Assembly: GCA_011364965.1 (NCBI GenBank)
Contig: RDOB01000004.1
Span: forward strand, 360,769 to 424,768
From: Candidatus Heimdallarchaeota archaeon
Lineage (GTDB): Archaea; Asgardarchaeota; Heimdallarchaeia; Hodarchaeales; Hodarchaeaceae
Length of the DNA: 64,000 nucleotides
Direction: 5' to 3'
The notes under the pieces are model-generated. The model searched no databases, had not been told where the DNA came from, and saw only the letters and a list, made by a program, of their open reading frames with translations. This document shows, piece after piece, positions 41,354 through 49,762 of the stretch (within the stretch, counting starts at the first letter, position 1; the number at the start of each line of letters is the position of its first letter). The position numbers were made by a program, and so were the translations under genes.

Positions 41354-42730
41354 ATGATTAATGCCTCGGTTGGTCTATTTATTAATCACGATCTAAATTA
41401 TGCAACACAAAAAGCCTTAGAACAGGCTGAAGCGAAGTTGGATGGGGATCCCTCTCTCATTCTATATTTTACCGGGACTCATCTTGGGGGTTCCCAGACA
41501 TACGATAGAGCATTAAGGATTATCAAGCAGAAATATCCCAGAATTCCCTTGGCAGGATGTTCAGGAATCGGAATATGTGATAAACATGATTATGGTCTAA
41601 AAGGGGCTGGTATTCTCCTAGTAACAGGGATCACCGCTAGAACTTCACTTATAAAGCGTTTTAGAATTGGTACGAGTCTAAAAGCTCGCAAAATTCGACG
41701 GAATTGTAATAAAATAAATCGTATTGAAAAAAAAAGAGGATCGAACACAACTTTCCTTTTTTTTCCCCCTGGACTTGGTTTTCCCAAATTCTTAATTAAT
41801 TTACTAAATCATAAGATTGAAGGCTTTAATCCCTTTTTTCCTCTGAATAATCGCATTTGGCGATTGTTTCCTTTATTATCGAAACTTTCTGGTAAGTTTG
41901 CTGGATTCGCTATGGACATTGCTGGGATTGGAATCTCCTACTCGGCGGCTTGGCCTCTGTTTTCACAATTATATGAGGATGGTATTCATTTTACCGGCAC
42001 ATTTGGTACCGATCCTCTTACCATGAATAAATCATATCAATTCAGTAATTTTAAAGCATATAAGGACTCTTTAGTTTATGTTTCCATTAGTTCTCCTTTT
42101 TTACACTTTACAAGTCAAACTGATAGTGGTGCTCAAATAATTCCTCAAAAAACTTTCGATTTGGATAGTTATCTAAATGGGGGTTTTATTCCCAGAATTA
42201 GAAAGAAATGGGGAAAACTTGCATTATTAGAGCTTTTTGACATGGAAAAAACTCCTGAAATCTTAGAAGAATGTATTCAACGATATTTCTACTATCATCC
42301 ATTTCGACCATTGTGCGTGATTGATAACTCAAACAATCAAAATATTTATTGTTTAGCAGTAAATCCAAATCTCAATCACGCGCTGATTACAGCGCCTAAC
42401 CAAGTTGCTAAGCAATTAATCAAAACATCTAGAAATAGATTAAATGCATATATTTGTGATCAGAGTTCTCAAACTATTGAATCCTTACTAAAGGAAACTT
42501 TGTCAAAACAGGTTTCAAAAAACACCCTATTCGGTTTATTTTTCGATTGTGGGAATAGAGCAATGATCATTGGTGATAGATTCGACCAATACTCAAAGGT
42601 TTATGCTGATAACTTAAATATTCCTTATTTGGTTGTCATATCTGGAGGTGAAATAAATTCGCAGACATTCCCTATTGTTAACATGAGTTTAATCTCCAGT
42701 TTGGCACACGGAACCATAAATTCTCCCTAG
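41354..42730 (+). CDS. FIST-domain sensory protein
   Basis: N-terminal PSLILYF...IPLAGCSGIG; C-terminal LFFDCGNR...SGGEI. Confidence 0.8.
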   Translation: MINASVGLFINHDLNYATQKALEQAEAKLDGDPSLILYFTGTHLGGSQTYDRALRIIKQKYPRIPLAGCSGIGICDKHDYGLKGAGILLVTGITARTSLIKRFRIGTSLKARKIRRNCNKINRIEKKRGSNTTFLFFPPGLGFPKFLINLLNHKIEGFNPFFPLNNRIWRLFPLLSKLSGKFAGFAMDIAGIGISYSAAWPLFSQLYEDGIHFTGTFGTDPLTMNKSYQFSNFKAYKDSLVYVSISSPFLHFTSQTDSGAQIIPQKTFDLDSYLNGGFIPRIRKKWGKLALLELFDMEKTPEILEECIQRYFYYHPFRPLCVIDNSNNQNIYCLAVNPNLNHALITAPNQVAKQLIKTSRNRLNAYICDQSSQTIESLLKETLSKQVSKNTLFGLFFDCGNRAMIIGDRFDQYSKVYADNLNIPYLVVISGGEINSQTFPIVNMSLISSLAHGTINSP

Positions 42731-42749
42731 AATGGAGGATTAAACCAAA

Positions 42750-44126
42750 TTGGCTGTAATTCATTCTATACTAGGAATTTCAGCAATTCCAAATGAATTT
42801 CAAATATTAACAATGAAATATTTTGGATTACAGGTAGTAGTATCAGGTATCTATCTAAGTTATGCTTGGATTTCTCTTTATTATTTAGTAATATTGAACT
42901 CGGTTTCATTGTATAGTTATATTGTTGCAATAGGTATGCTTTGCGGAGCATTATTAGATTTTCCTTTGGGACTAATAACTGACCGTTTTGGCCAGAAGAA
43001 AGCTTATTGTGGGGCTTTATCATGTCTTTTAATTTATTATTTAGGGTTAATATTTGCTAAAAGTGCATTTGACCTTCTAGTATTGGAAATTATTGTAGGA
43101 GTTTATTCAGCTTTAATTTCTGGATCCTTCATTACTTGGTTTATGAATTCTTGGGAACTAATCTCTATGAATATAGGAAAAGAGTCAAAAATCCAATTTA
43201 ATGCAATTATGAGTAATATTAATTCTATTAAAACAGTCCTAGTAGCTACAATGACTATCTTTGGAGGTTTTTTATTAAATAAATTAGCTATTCCTCCTCA
43301 AGGCATTTTTCTCTTACAATCTGCAATAGCAGGCTTTGGAATTCTATTAGGAATTCGATTTTTGAACACCCCAATCACAGAAAGCAGAATGGAATCTGAA
43401 GTTCCAAGATCTGATAGGACTAATGGTTTTCATACATTAGCTAAAATTAGAGAACTGATATTACTTCTTCAATCACGATATGCCAAGGTAACAATCTTCT
43501 TTCTCAGCTTATCCCTTTTGGGTTTTACATCAATGGCATTTCAGACACTGCTTTTCACGCCATTATTATACGAATTAACCACTCACTCCCCTATTTTTAA
43601 ATCCACTGAGAAAATTTTGATAACATATACTACATTATCAATATTTCTAATTTCCTTTATACAAGCTGGTTCCGATTTTATCCACGCGATTGCATGTAGG
43701 CTGTCTGGACGAATATTCAACAATGTTATTTCCCCTTATCGAATTTTAATTGTCATTTATTCATTGATTTATCCAGTTGTGTGGTTATTTCTCGTATTTC
43801 TCCTCTCATCTAGTGTTCCAAAGTATTTCAAACTTATTGGCGTAATAAGTATTTACTTAATACGATTAATTATAGTTGGTCTAATTTCAAGTTTGTATTG
43901 GCAATTTTATATGAAAATTACTATAGTTAAAATTCGAAGTTCTCAAGAATCGTTATTTAATACTATTTACCTAGTAGTTTCAGTTTTGGGATTTGCTCTA
44001 ATTGGTATTATCATAGAAAGATTCAGTTTGGAATCTAGTCTTCTTAGTCTTTTTATAATTAGTACCCTTGGCATTTTCCTTTTAATTATTGGGGATTATG
44101 CTGAAATTTCTATTAAAAATAATTGA
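42750..44126 (+). CDS. MFS transporter
   Basis: About 12 TM; motif A DFPLGLITDRFGQKK; GGAGG RBS. Confidence 0.88.
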   Translation: MAVIHSILGISAIPNEFQILTMKYFGLQVVVSGIYLSYAWISLYYLVILNSVSLYSYIVAIGMLCGALLDFPLGLITDRFGQKKAYCGALSCLLIYYLGLIFAKSAFDLLVLEIIVGVYSALISGSFITWFMNSWELISMNIGKESKIQFNAIMSNINSIKTVLVATMTIFGGFLLNKLAIPPQGIFLLQSAIAGFGILLGIRFLNTPITESRMESEVPRSDRTNGFHTLAKIRELILLLQSRYAKVTIFFLSLSLLGFTSMAFQTLLFTPLLYELTTHSPIFKSTEKILITYTTLSIFLISFIQAGSDFIHAIACRLSGRIFNNVISPYRILIVIYSLIYPVVWLFLVFLLSSSVPKYFKLIGVISIYLIRLIIVGLISSLYWQFYMKITIVKIRSSQESLFNTIYLVVSVLGFALIGIIIERFSLESSLLSLFIISTLGIFLLIIGDYAEISIKNN

Positions 44127-44141
44127 TTTGCCAGTTATATT

Positions 44142-45338
44142 TTATAGATATTCACTAGGAGTACTTGGGGGTCTACTACCAGATAGAACTTTTTTAATAG
44201 CCTTCTTGAAATCATTAAAAGTAACACGTGTTCGTTTTTCTCTAATCGCAAACATCCCTGATTCCTGTGTGATCGCTCGTATATCTGCACCAGAAGCGTT
44301 GGCTGTTTCACTTGCTAAATATGAATAATCAACTTTTGAATCCACATTCATCGTACGTGTGTGAATTTTGAATATTTCTTGTCTCTCCTCATGTGTAGGT
44401 AAGAGAAACTCAATATGTCTATCAAATCGACCTGGTCGTAATAGCGCTGGATCTAAAATATCAACTCGGTTTGTTGCTCCGATAATTTTCACATCCCCTC
44501 TTGGAGAGAAACCATCCAATTCACTTAGAAGCTGCATTAAGGTTCGTTGTACTTCTCGGTCTCCGCTTGTAGCAATATCAAGACGTTTACTTCCAATTGC
44601 ATCTAATTCGTCAATAAACAAAATACTCGGGGAATTGTCCCGTGCGAAAGCAAATACCTCTCTAACCAGTCTTGCTCCTTCTCCAATATACTTTTGAACC
44701 AATTCGGATCCGATGACTCGAATAAAGGTAGCTTTGGTTTCATGAGCCACTGCTTTGACCATTAATGTCTTACCTGAACCAGGAGGTCCATGTAATAGTA
44801 CTCCTTTTGGTGGTTCAATTCCAACTTTCACAAACAATTCTGGTTGTAATAGCGGTAGTTCAACAGTTTCTTTAAGCTCTTGTAGTTGTAATTTAAGGCC
44901 GCCGATATCCGTATAGGTCTCTGTTGGCTTTGAATCAACCTCCATGGAGCGTACTAGCGGGTCTCGTGATTGAGGTAGTACTTCAAGAATTGCAAAATTT
45001 CTTTGATGAAGTGCTACTCTTGCACCTGCTATTAGTTCCTCTCTGGATATTGAAGAATCAATTACAACAACAAAAGATGGACCTGTAGAGCTTTTTACAA
45101 TAGCTTTCCCATTTTCCAGTATTTCTTGAATAGTCCCTGTAAACAATGGAGGTTGACGGAGTTTTTGCAATTCTAGCTTAAGATTATCTCTCTCCTCTTC
45201 TAATTTGTTACGCTGTACCTCAAGGAGCTGTCTTTCAGTTTCTAAGGCACGAATTCGTCTTTCCATGGTACGCGTATAGCTATCAGTGAAATCATCATAT
45301 GATTCTTTATTATCCACACTCTCAGGCATCAGTTCCAC
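44142..45338 (-). CDS. pan: Proteasome-activating nucleotidase
   Basis: Coiled coil, OB fold, GPPGSGKT, FIDELDAIG, ALLRPGRFDR. Confidence 0.98.
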   Translation of the reverse strand: MELMPESVDNKESYDDFTDSYTRTMERRIRALETERQLLEVQRNKLEEERDNLKLELQKLRQPPLFTGTIQEILENGKAIVKSSTGPSFVVVIDSSISREELIAGARVALHQRNFAILEVLPQSRDPLVRSMEVDSKPTETYTDIGGLKLQLQELKETVELPLLQPELFVKVGIEPPKGVLLHGPPGSGKTLMVKAVAHETKATFIRVIGSELVQKYIGEGARLVREVFAFARDNSPSILFIDELDAIGSKRLDIATSGDREVQRTLMQLLSELDGFSPRGDVKIIGATNRVDILDPALLRPGRFDRHIEFLLPTHEERQEIFKIHTRTMNVDSKVDYSYLASETANASGADIRAITQESGMFAIREKRTRVTFNDFKKAIKKVLSGSRPPSTPSEYL

Positions 45339-45393
45339 TACTTCAATCGATTGTTACTGTTTTAATAATGACTACTTTGATGAATTACTACAA

Positions 45394-45415
45394 AAAATCC
45401 TCTGCAGAGGATTTT
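45394..45415. promoter_or_regulatory. Perfect 22-bp palindrome upstream of pan (candidate operator)
   Basis: AAAATCCTCTGCAGAGGATTTT. Confidence 0.5.
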
Positions 45416-45759
45416 AATTTCTTAATCCTTTAACTGGATAGTTTGACATTAAATTTCTCTGTCAATTTATCAAACCAAAGCATTCTTTATTTATTTTTTG
45501 AAACAAACATTGGTTTTTCAATACACATTTAGCAAAAGATCTCTAGTAGGCATCCATAAAAATAAGTAATTTGCTAGTAATATATACGTCTAGTATATGT
45601 CTCGCTCTTCATGAGCTATTATTGTTTTAGGTGCGGTTCTCATCACACTCAAAAACCTTTACTGAAATTGAAACATGTGAGTTTGAAAAAAAGTTCAACA
45701 GATTAGCACCTTTATAACAATAAAATAACTTTAATCCAGATTAAGAGGAAGTTACGGAA

Positions 45760-46272
45760 TTGAACCGTATACAAACTTGCGAGATGTGTGGAATAGAAGC
45801 TCCAGTAACCCTTGTTGAAATTGATCATGTTGAGTTATATGCATGTCCAAAATGTGCAAAGTTTGGTAAACCCATCATTAGTTATCCACCAAAGAAATCA
45901 TCTACCCCTACAAAGAAACCAGTAGGAATGAAAAAATCTGAACCTCGTACGCTTAAACCTCCACGAAAAGATTTTCTTCACGATAAGATTTTAATTGATG
46001 GTTATGGAACCTTAATCCAAGAATCTAGAAAAGCTAAAGGTTTAGGCCGAGCAGAATTTGCAAAAATTATCAAAGAGAAGGAAACCCTTCTCGCTAGAAT
46101 AGAAACTGAAAAAGTATTACCAACTGATCGCATTGTGGCAAAAATCGAGCGCGAGCTAAATATTGAACTTAAAACTGAAGTTAGTGACGAAACTTCTACA
46201 ACTGACAGTTTTATTTCTAAATCAACCACATTAGGCTCGATCGCGAAGATAAAACGGAAAAAAGGTAAATAA
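45760..46272 (+). CDS. mbf1: Archaeal multiprotein bridging factor 1
   Basis: CEMCG...CPKCAKFG Zn ribbon, HTH, TTLG tail; linked to pan. Confidence 0.93.
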   Translation: MNRIQTCEMCGIEAPVTLVEIDHVELYACPKCAKFGKPIISYPPKKSSTPTKKPVGMKKSEPRTLKPPRKDFLHDKILIDGYGTLIQESRKAKGLGRAEFAKIIKEKETLLARIETEKVLPTDRIVAKIERELNIELKTEVSDETSTTDSFISKSTTLGSIAKIKRKKGK

Positions 46273-46441
46273 TCTCGATTAAATATGCTCTTAGCTCCTC
46301 TCAATTAATCTAAAGGTCTATTGCTTAAGATCACGATAAACTTTAACAACTTGTCATAAAGACGGTAAAAATGAATATTTAGAGGTTTTAGCCCTCCCTC
46401 ATAAACTAGATCGGTAAAATATACCGTCTACAATCATAATA

Positions 46442-46849
46442 ATGGTTAAAGAGAAGATAAAATTGGTTATGCTTGATCCTCTAGCGAATGCGATGTCCTC
46501 TATAGCGAACGCTGAAGTTTTAGGTCGTAAAGAGGTGACCATAAGGCCAGCAAGTCGAATTATAGCAAATGTCCTTCGTGTGATACAGAAATATGGAGCA
46601 ATTGGTGAATTCGAAGTAATGGAAGATCTTTGGATTATTAATGTTCAATTGCTTGGTCGAATTTCAAAAATAGGAGTAATCAAACCTCGTTATCCCGTGA
46701 AAGTAACAGATTATGTTGAATGGGAAAAAAGATTTCTTCCTGCTCGAGACATGGGGATTCTTGTTGTTTCCACATCTGAAGGTGTAATGTCCCATCAGGA
46801 AGCAAAAGAACGAAATCTTGGCGGCCGTTTACTGGTCTACGCATACTAG
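46442..46849 (+). CDS. rps8: 30S ribosomal protein S8 (uS8)
   Basis: [33 protein letters not shown]. Confidence 0.97.
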   Translation: MVKEKIKLVMLDPLANAMSSIANAEVLGRKEVTIRPASRIIANVLRVIQKYGAIGEFEVMEDLWIINVQLLGRISKIGVIKPRYPVKVTDYVEWEKRFLPARDMGILVVSTSEGVMSHQEAKERNLGGRLLVYAY

Positions 46850-46874
46850 AAACTATACAAAGAAGGTTACCTAT

Positions 46875-47426
46875 TTGACACATTATACAATTGAAAGAAT
46901 CATCGAGGTTCCTGAAAATATTACTGCTACGTTGACTGATGTACGTGGCGGCAAAAAAGTCTCCATAAAAGGAGATAAAGGCGAGTTAGAAAGAACATTT
47001 GTTAGGCTAACCGTTCAAATTACATATGAAGACAATAAATTCATCATTCAGAGTCATTTTGGCAAAAAAACAGAAGCTTCGATGGTTGGTACGATCACTG
47101 GTCATATAAAAAATATGATCAAAGGAGTTACAGATGGATTTACCTATAAAGTTCGAATAATAACCTCTCACTTTCCTGCGACCGTAGAAGTTCAAAAAGA
47201 TGTAATTCTAGTGAAGAATCTTTACGGAAGACGAGATCCAATCCGTGTCCCATACAATCAATCATTGAAAGTCAAAGTAGAAGGAGATCTCGTAGTTATA
47301 AGCGGAATAGACATCGAAATAGTTTCTCAGACTGCTGCTCGATTAGCAGAAGCTACTCGTCTCCGTGGTAAACGTAGTAAAGACCCAACTGTATTCCAAG
47401 ATGGGCTTTACGTGGTATATCCTTAA
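46875..47426 (+). CDS. rpl6: 50S ribosomal protein L6 (uL6)
   Basis: HIKNMIKGVT, SHFP, KDPTVFQDGLYV; probable TTG start at 46875. Confidence 0.96.
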   Translation: MTHYTIERIIEVPENITATLTDVRGGKKVSIKGDKGELERTFVRLTVQITYEDNKFIIQSHFGKKTEASMVGTITGHIKNMIKGVTDGFTYKVRIITSHFPATVEVQKDVILVKNLYGRRDPIRVPYNQSLKVKVEGDLVVISGIDIEIVSQTAARLAEATRLRGKRSKDPTVFQDGLYVVYP

Positions 47427-47527
47427 GTATGAACATAAATATCAAACCACCTTAGGCTCATTTCAAACAAAAAGTTCAAGAAATCTTGATCACCCTTTCA
47501 TATACCAAGATCATTAAGGAGCTTTAA

Positions 47528-47602
47528 GGGCCTGTAGCTTAGCCCGGTTAAAGCGTCCGGCTCATAACCGGATGAACGTGGGTTCAAATCCCCCCAGGCC
47601 CA
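47528..47602 (+). tRNA. tRNA with CAT anticodon, probably Ile2 (agmatidine-modified)
   Basis: GGGCCTG/CAGGCCC acceptor and D-arm resemble tRNA-Ile(GAT); TCCGG-CT-CAT-AA-CCGGA. Confidence 0.85.
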
Positions 47603-47617
47603 TCATTTGCAACAAAA

Positions 47618-47723
47618 GGCATCATAGCTCAGTTAGGTAGAGCGTCCGGCTGTTACATTCTCTCTTGATTGGGGAGATACTACAGACACCGGGTGGTCGC
47701 AGGTTCAAATCCTGCTGGTGCCG
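47618..47723 (+). tRNA. tRNA-Asn(GTT) with a 32-nt 37/38 intron
   Basis: GGCATCA/TGGTGCC acceptor, G73; GTT 47652-47654; intron 47656-47687. Confidence 0.93.
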
Positions 47724-47726
47724 TTT

Positions 47727-49580
47727 TTATTCTTTTTCTTCATTATCTGAAGGTAAAAAGTTACTCATGACCCTTTGGATTTTCGAAAAAGGAACACCCT
47801 TTGTAGCCACTAAACTACTGACCAAAATCATATTAATCTGTTCTTCTTCTTCCTCATTTATTTTTGCATCAGCTAATTGAATATTTGCAAATTGAGCAGC
47901 TAAAATTGGAAATTCTGGATTTGTATGGGGTACTTTTGTCAGTACAATTTTAATTCCTCTTATAAATTCAATTCCTAACTCAATTGTGTTATTTGATAAA
48001 GGAACTTCAAAGAAATCAAGGTTAAATGACATTTCCTCAACTTCAGCAACCGTTGGTTCTGTCTCGGAAGAGTAGATTGCAGTTTTCCCCAAAATTTCTA
48101 ACTTTATAGCCAATTGCTTTTGTTTAAAATCACTTTCACTTCTTAGGAGTTGTTTTAAAGTCAATCGTATAGAATGGTAGTATTTAGCATCACATTCATC
48201 CCCTAAATAATTGATCGCTTGAAGAAGTGCAAGTATTGCACGTGCAATGTCTTTTTCTGTCTCCTGATTGGAAAAAACTACCTCTCTTAAGTCCTGGGTT
48301 AGAATCATAATACTAACTTTCAGCAAATTTTCAAAAAATTGAGCATGAGTTAAATCCTCTGATTCCATAATAGATTCGTCTAATTCTGCAATTTCCTCCT
48401 CATCTATATGATAACTCTTCATCATTGCGGCTAATGCATCAAAATTATGTTTTTGTATTCCTGAAGGATATTGTTTACCATGGAGATATGCTGCCTTTAA
48501 AATAGGTGCAATTGCTGCGTTTAAACGATCCTTTGCCTCTTCTCCCTCTTTTTCTTCAAATACTGTCTCAATGAGTTCCGTGGCCTTGGACAGATGATAG
48601 AAAACAAAATCCTCTCCAAGAATATATTCTAGAGCCAAATTAAATATCGCGCCGAACCATTTTAAATGAAATCCTCTAGAAAATGAGAAACTGGTTAGGA
48701 AAATGTTTTCTAGATGCCACATTTCCCGGGTAATTAACGAGGGATTTACATAATATCTATCAAAAACGTAATGTTTTAATTCTCTCGAAGGAGAGTAATT
48801 TCGTGAATCTACTTCTAATACCATTGAAGGAAGCCAAATCGGAATTAAAGATACAGTATAGTTAAAAGCTCGAGCAAATTCCTCTAAATCGTCAGTTCTA
48901 ATCTTACCTTTAATAAAAGGATCACCAAAACTTGGAGGAGATATAATTGCATTATTATCTCCATAACCTAATTCAATCTTATAATATTCAAGTAAGGAAT
49001 CACTTAACCCTCTTTTCATCATTTCTACGTTTACGTAAATATCTTTTAAACAATATAAAGCCATTTGGGATATATCTGTCAAGAATTTGTAGACAATTTC
49101 CTTAGAAAAGTTCTCTGAAGGAATTAAATCAGCTAAATCTTTGAAAAAAGTTAGAGTTCTAGCTAATGAAGCTTTTAGTCGTACTTCTATCCCTCGTTGT
49201 CTTTGAACGGAATGTAAAAGTTCATGGGTTAATAAACCAAGAAATCCGTTATTATTTTCTGGATTCAATAGAGGTGTGTCAGCTTCCAGCTGAATGAAAA
49301 CAAATTCTTTCTCTTCATAACCATAGGAAAATGAAGTTTGAAATGGATCTAGAAAAAAAGACCTTAAAGTTTTCATTTGGGCTTCAGGTAAATCTAATGA
49401 ATTTAAAAAATTCTTTACTTCTTTAGAATCATTAATATCTGAAAAAACTATCGTCAAATTCTCAATATGTTGACAGAAAGATTCAATAATTGGATTTGAT
49501 AACTTAACTAGAATTTCTGATTCAGATGGCCTTAGAAAGTCAAGAAAGATTATCTTTGGTTGTTTTACTAATTCTTCCAA
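47727..49580 (-). CDS. Hypothetical helical protein with HExxH motif (possible zincin)
   Basis: GLLTHELLHSVQR; otherwise unrecognised. Confidence 0.65.
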   Translation of the reverse strand: MEELVKQPKIIFLDFLRPSESEILVKLSNPIIESFCQHIENLTIVFSDINDSKEVKNFLNSLDLPEAQMKTLRSFFLDPFQTSFSYGYEEKEFVFIQLEADTPLLNPENNNGFLGLLTHELLHSVQRQRGIEVRLKASLARTLTFFKDLADLIPSENFSKEIVYKFLTDISQMALYCLKDIYVNVEMMKRGLSDSLLEYYKIELGYGDNNAIISPPSFGDPFIKGKIRTDDLEEFARAFNYTVSLIPIWLPSMVLEVDSRNYSPSRELKHYVFDRYYVNPSLITREMWHLENIFLTSFSFSRGFHLKWFGAIFNLALEYILGEDFVFYHLSKATELIETVFEEKEGEEAKDRLNAAIAPILKAAYLHGKQYPSGIQKHNFDALAAMMKSYHIDEEEIAELDESIMESEDLTHAQFFENLLKVSIMILTQDLREVVFSNQETEKDIARAILALLQAINYLGDECDAKYYHSIRLTLKQLLRSESDFKQKQLAIKLEILGKTAIYSSETEPTVAEVEEMSFNLDFFEVPLSNNTIELGIEFIRGIKIVLTKVPHTNPEFPILAAQFANIQLADAKINEEEEEQINMILVSSLVATKGVPFSKIQRVMSNFLPSDNEEKE

Positions 49581-49762
49581 GATTCACTCATCCTAAGAAG
49601 TAAAGCTCGAGTTTAGTAGCACTACTCCTTTATGTTAAATAATTTAGCTTGCTCTACAAAACAGACCGAAAGAGAGAAGTTGAAACCTCAATTTGTTATT
49701 TTAAGTAACCAAAAATAACCAAAAACAATAGTTCCAGCTTCTTTATGAATTTAAAACCATAT

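Noticed and set aside
47665-47880. 71-aa ORF
   Set aside because: Overlaps tRNA-Asn and is antisense to the 617-aa gene
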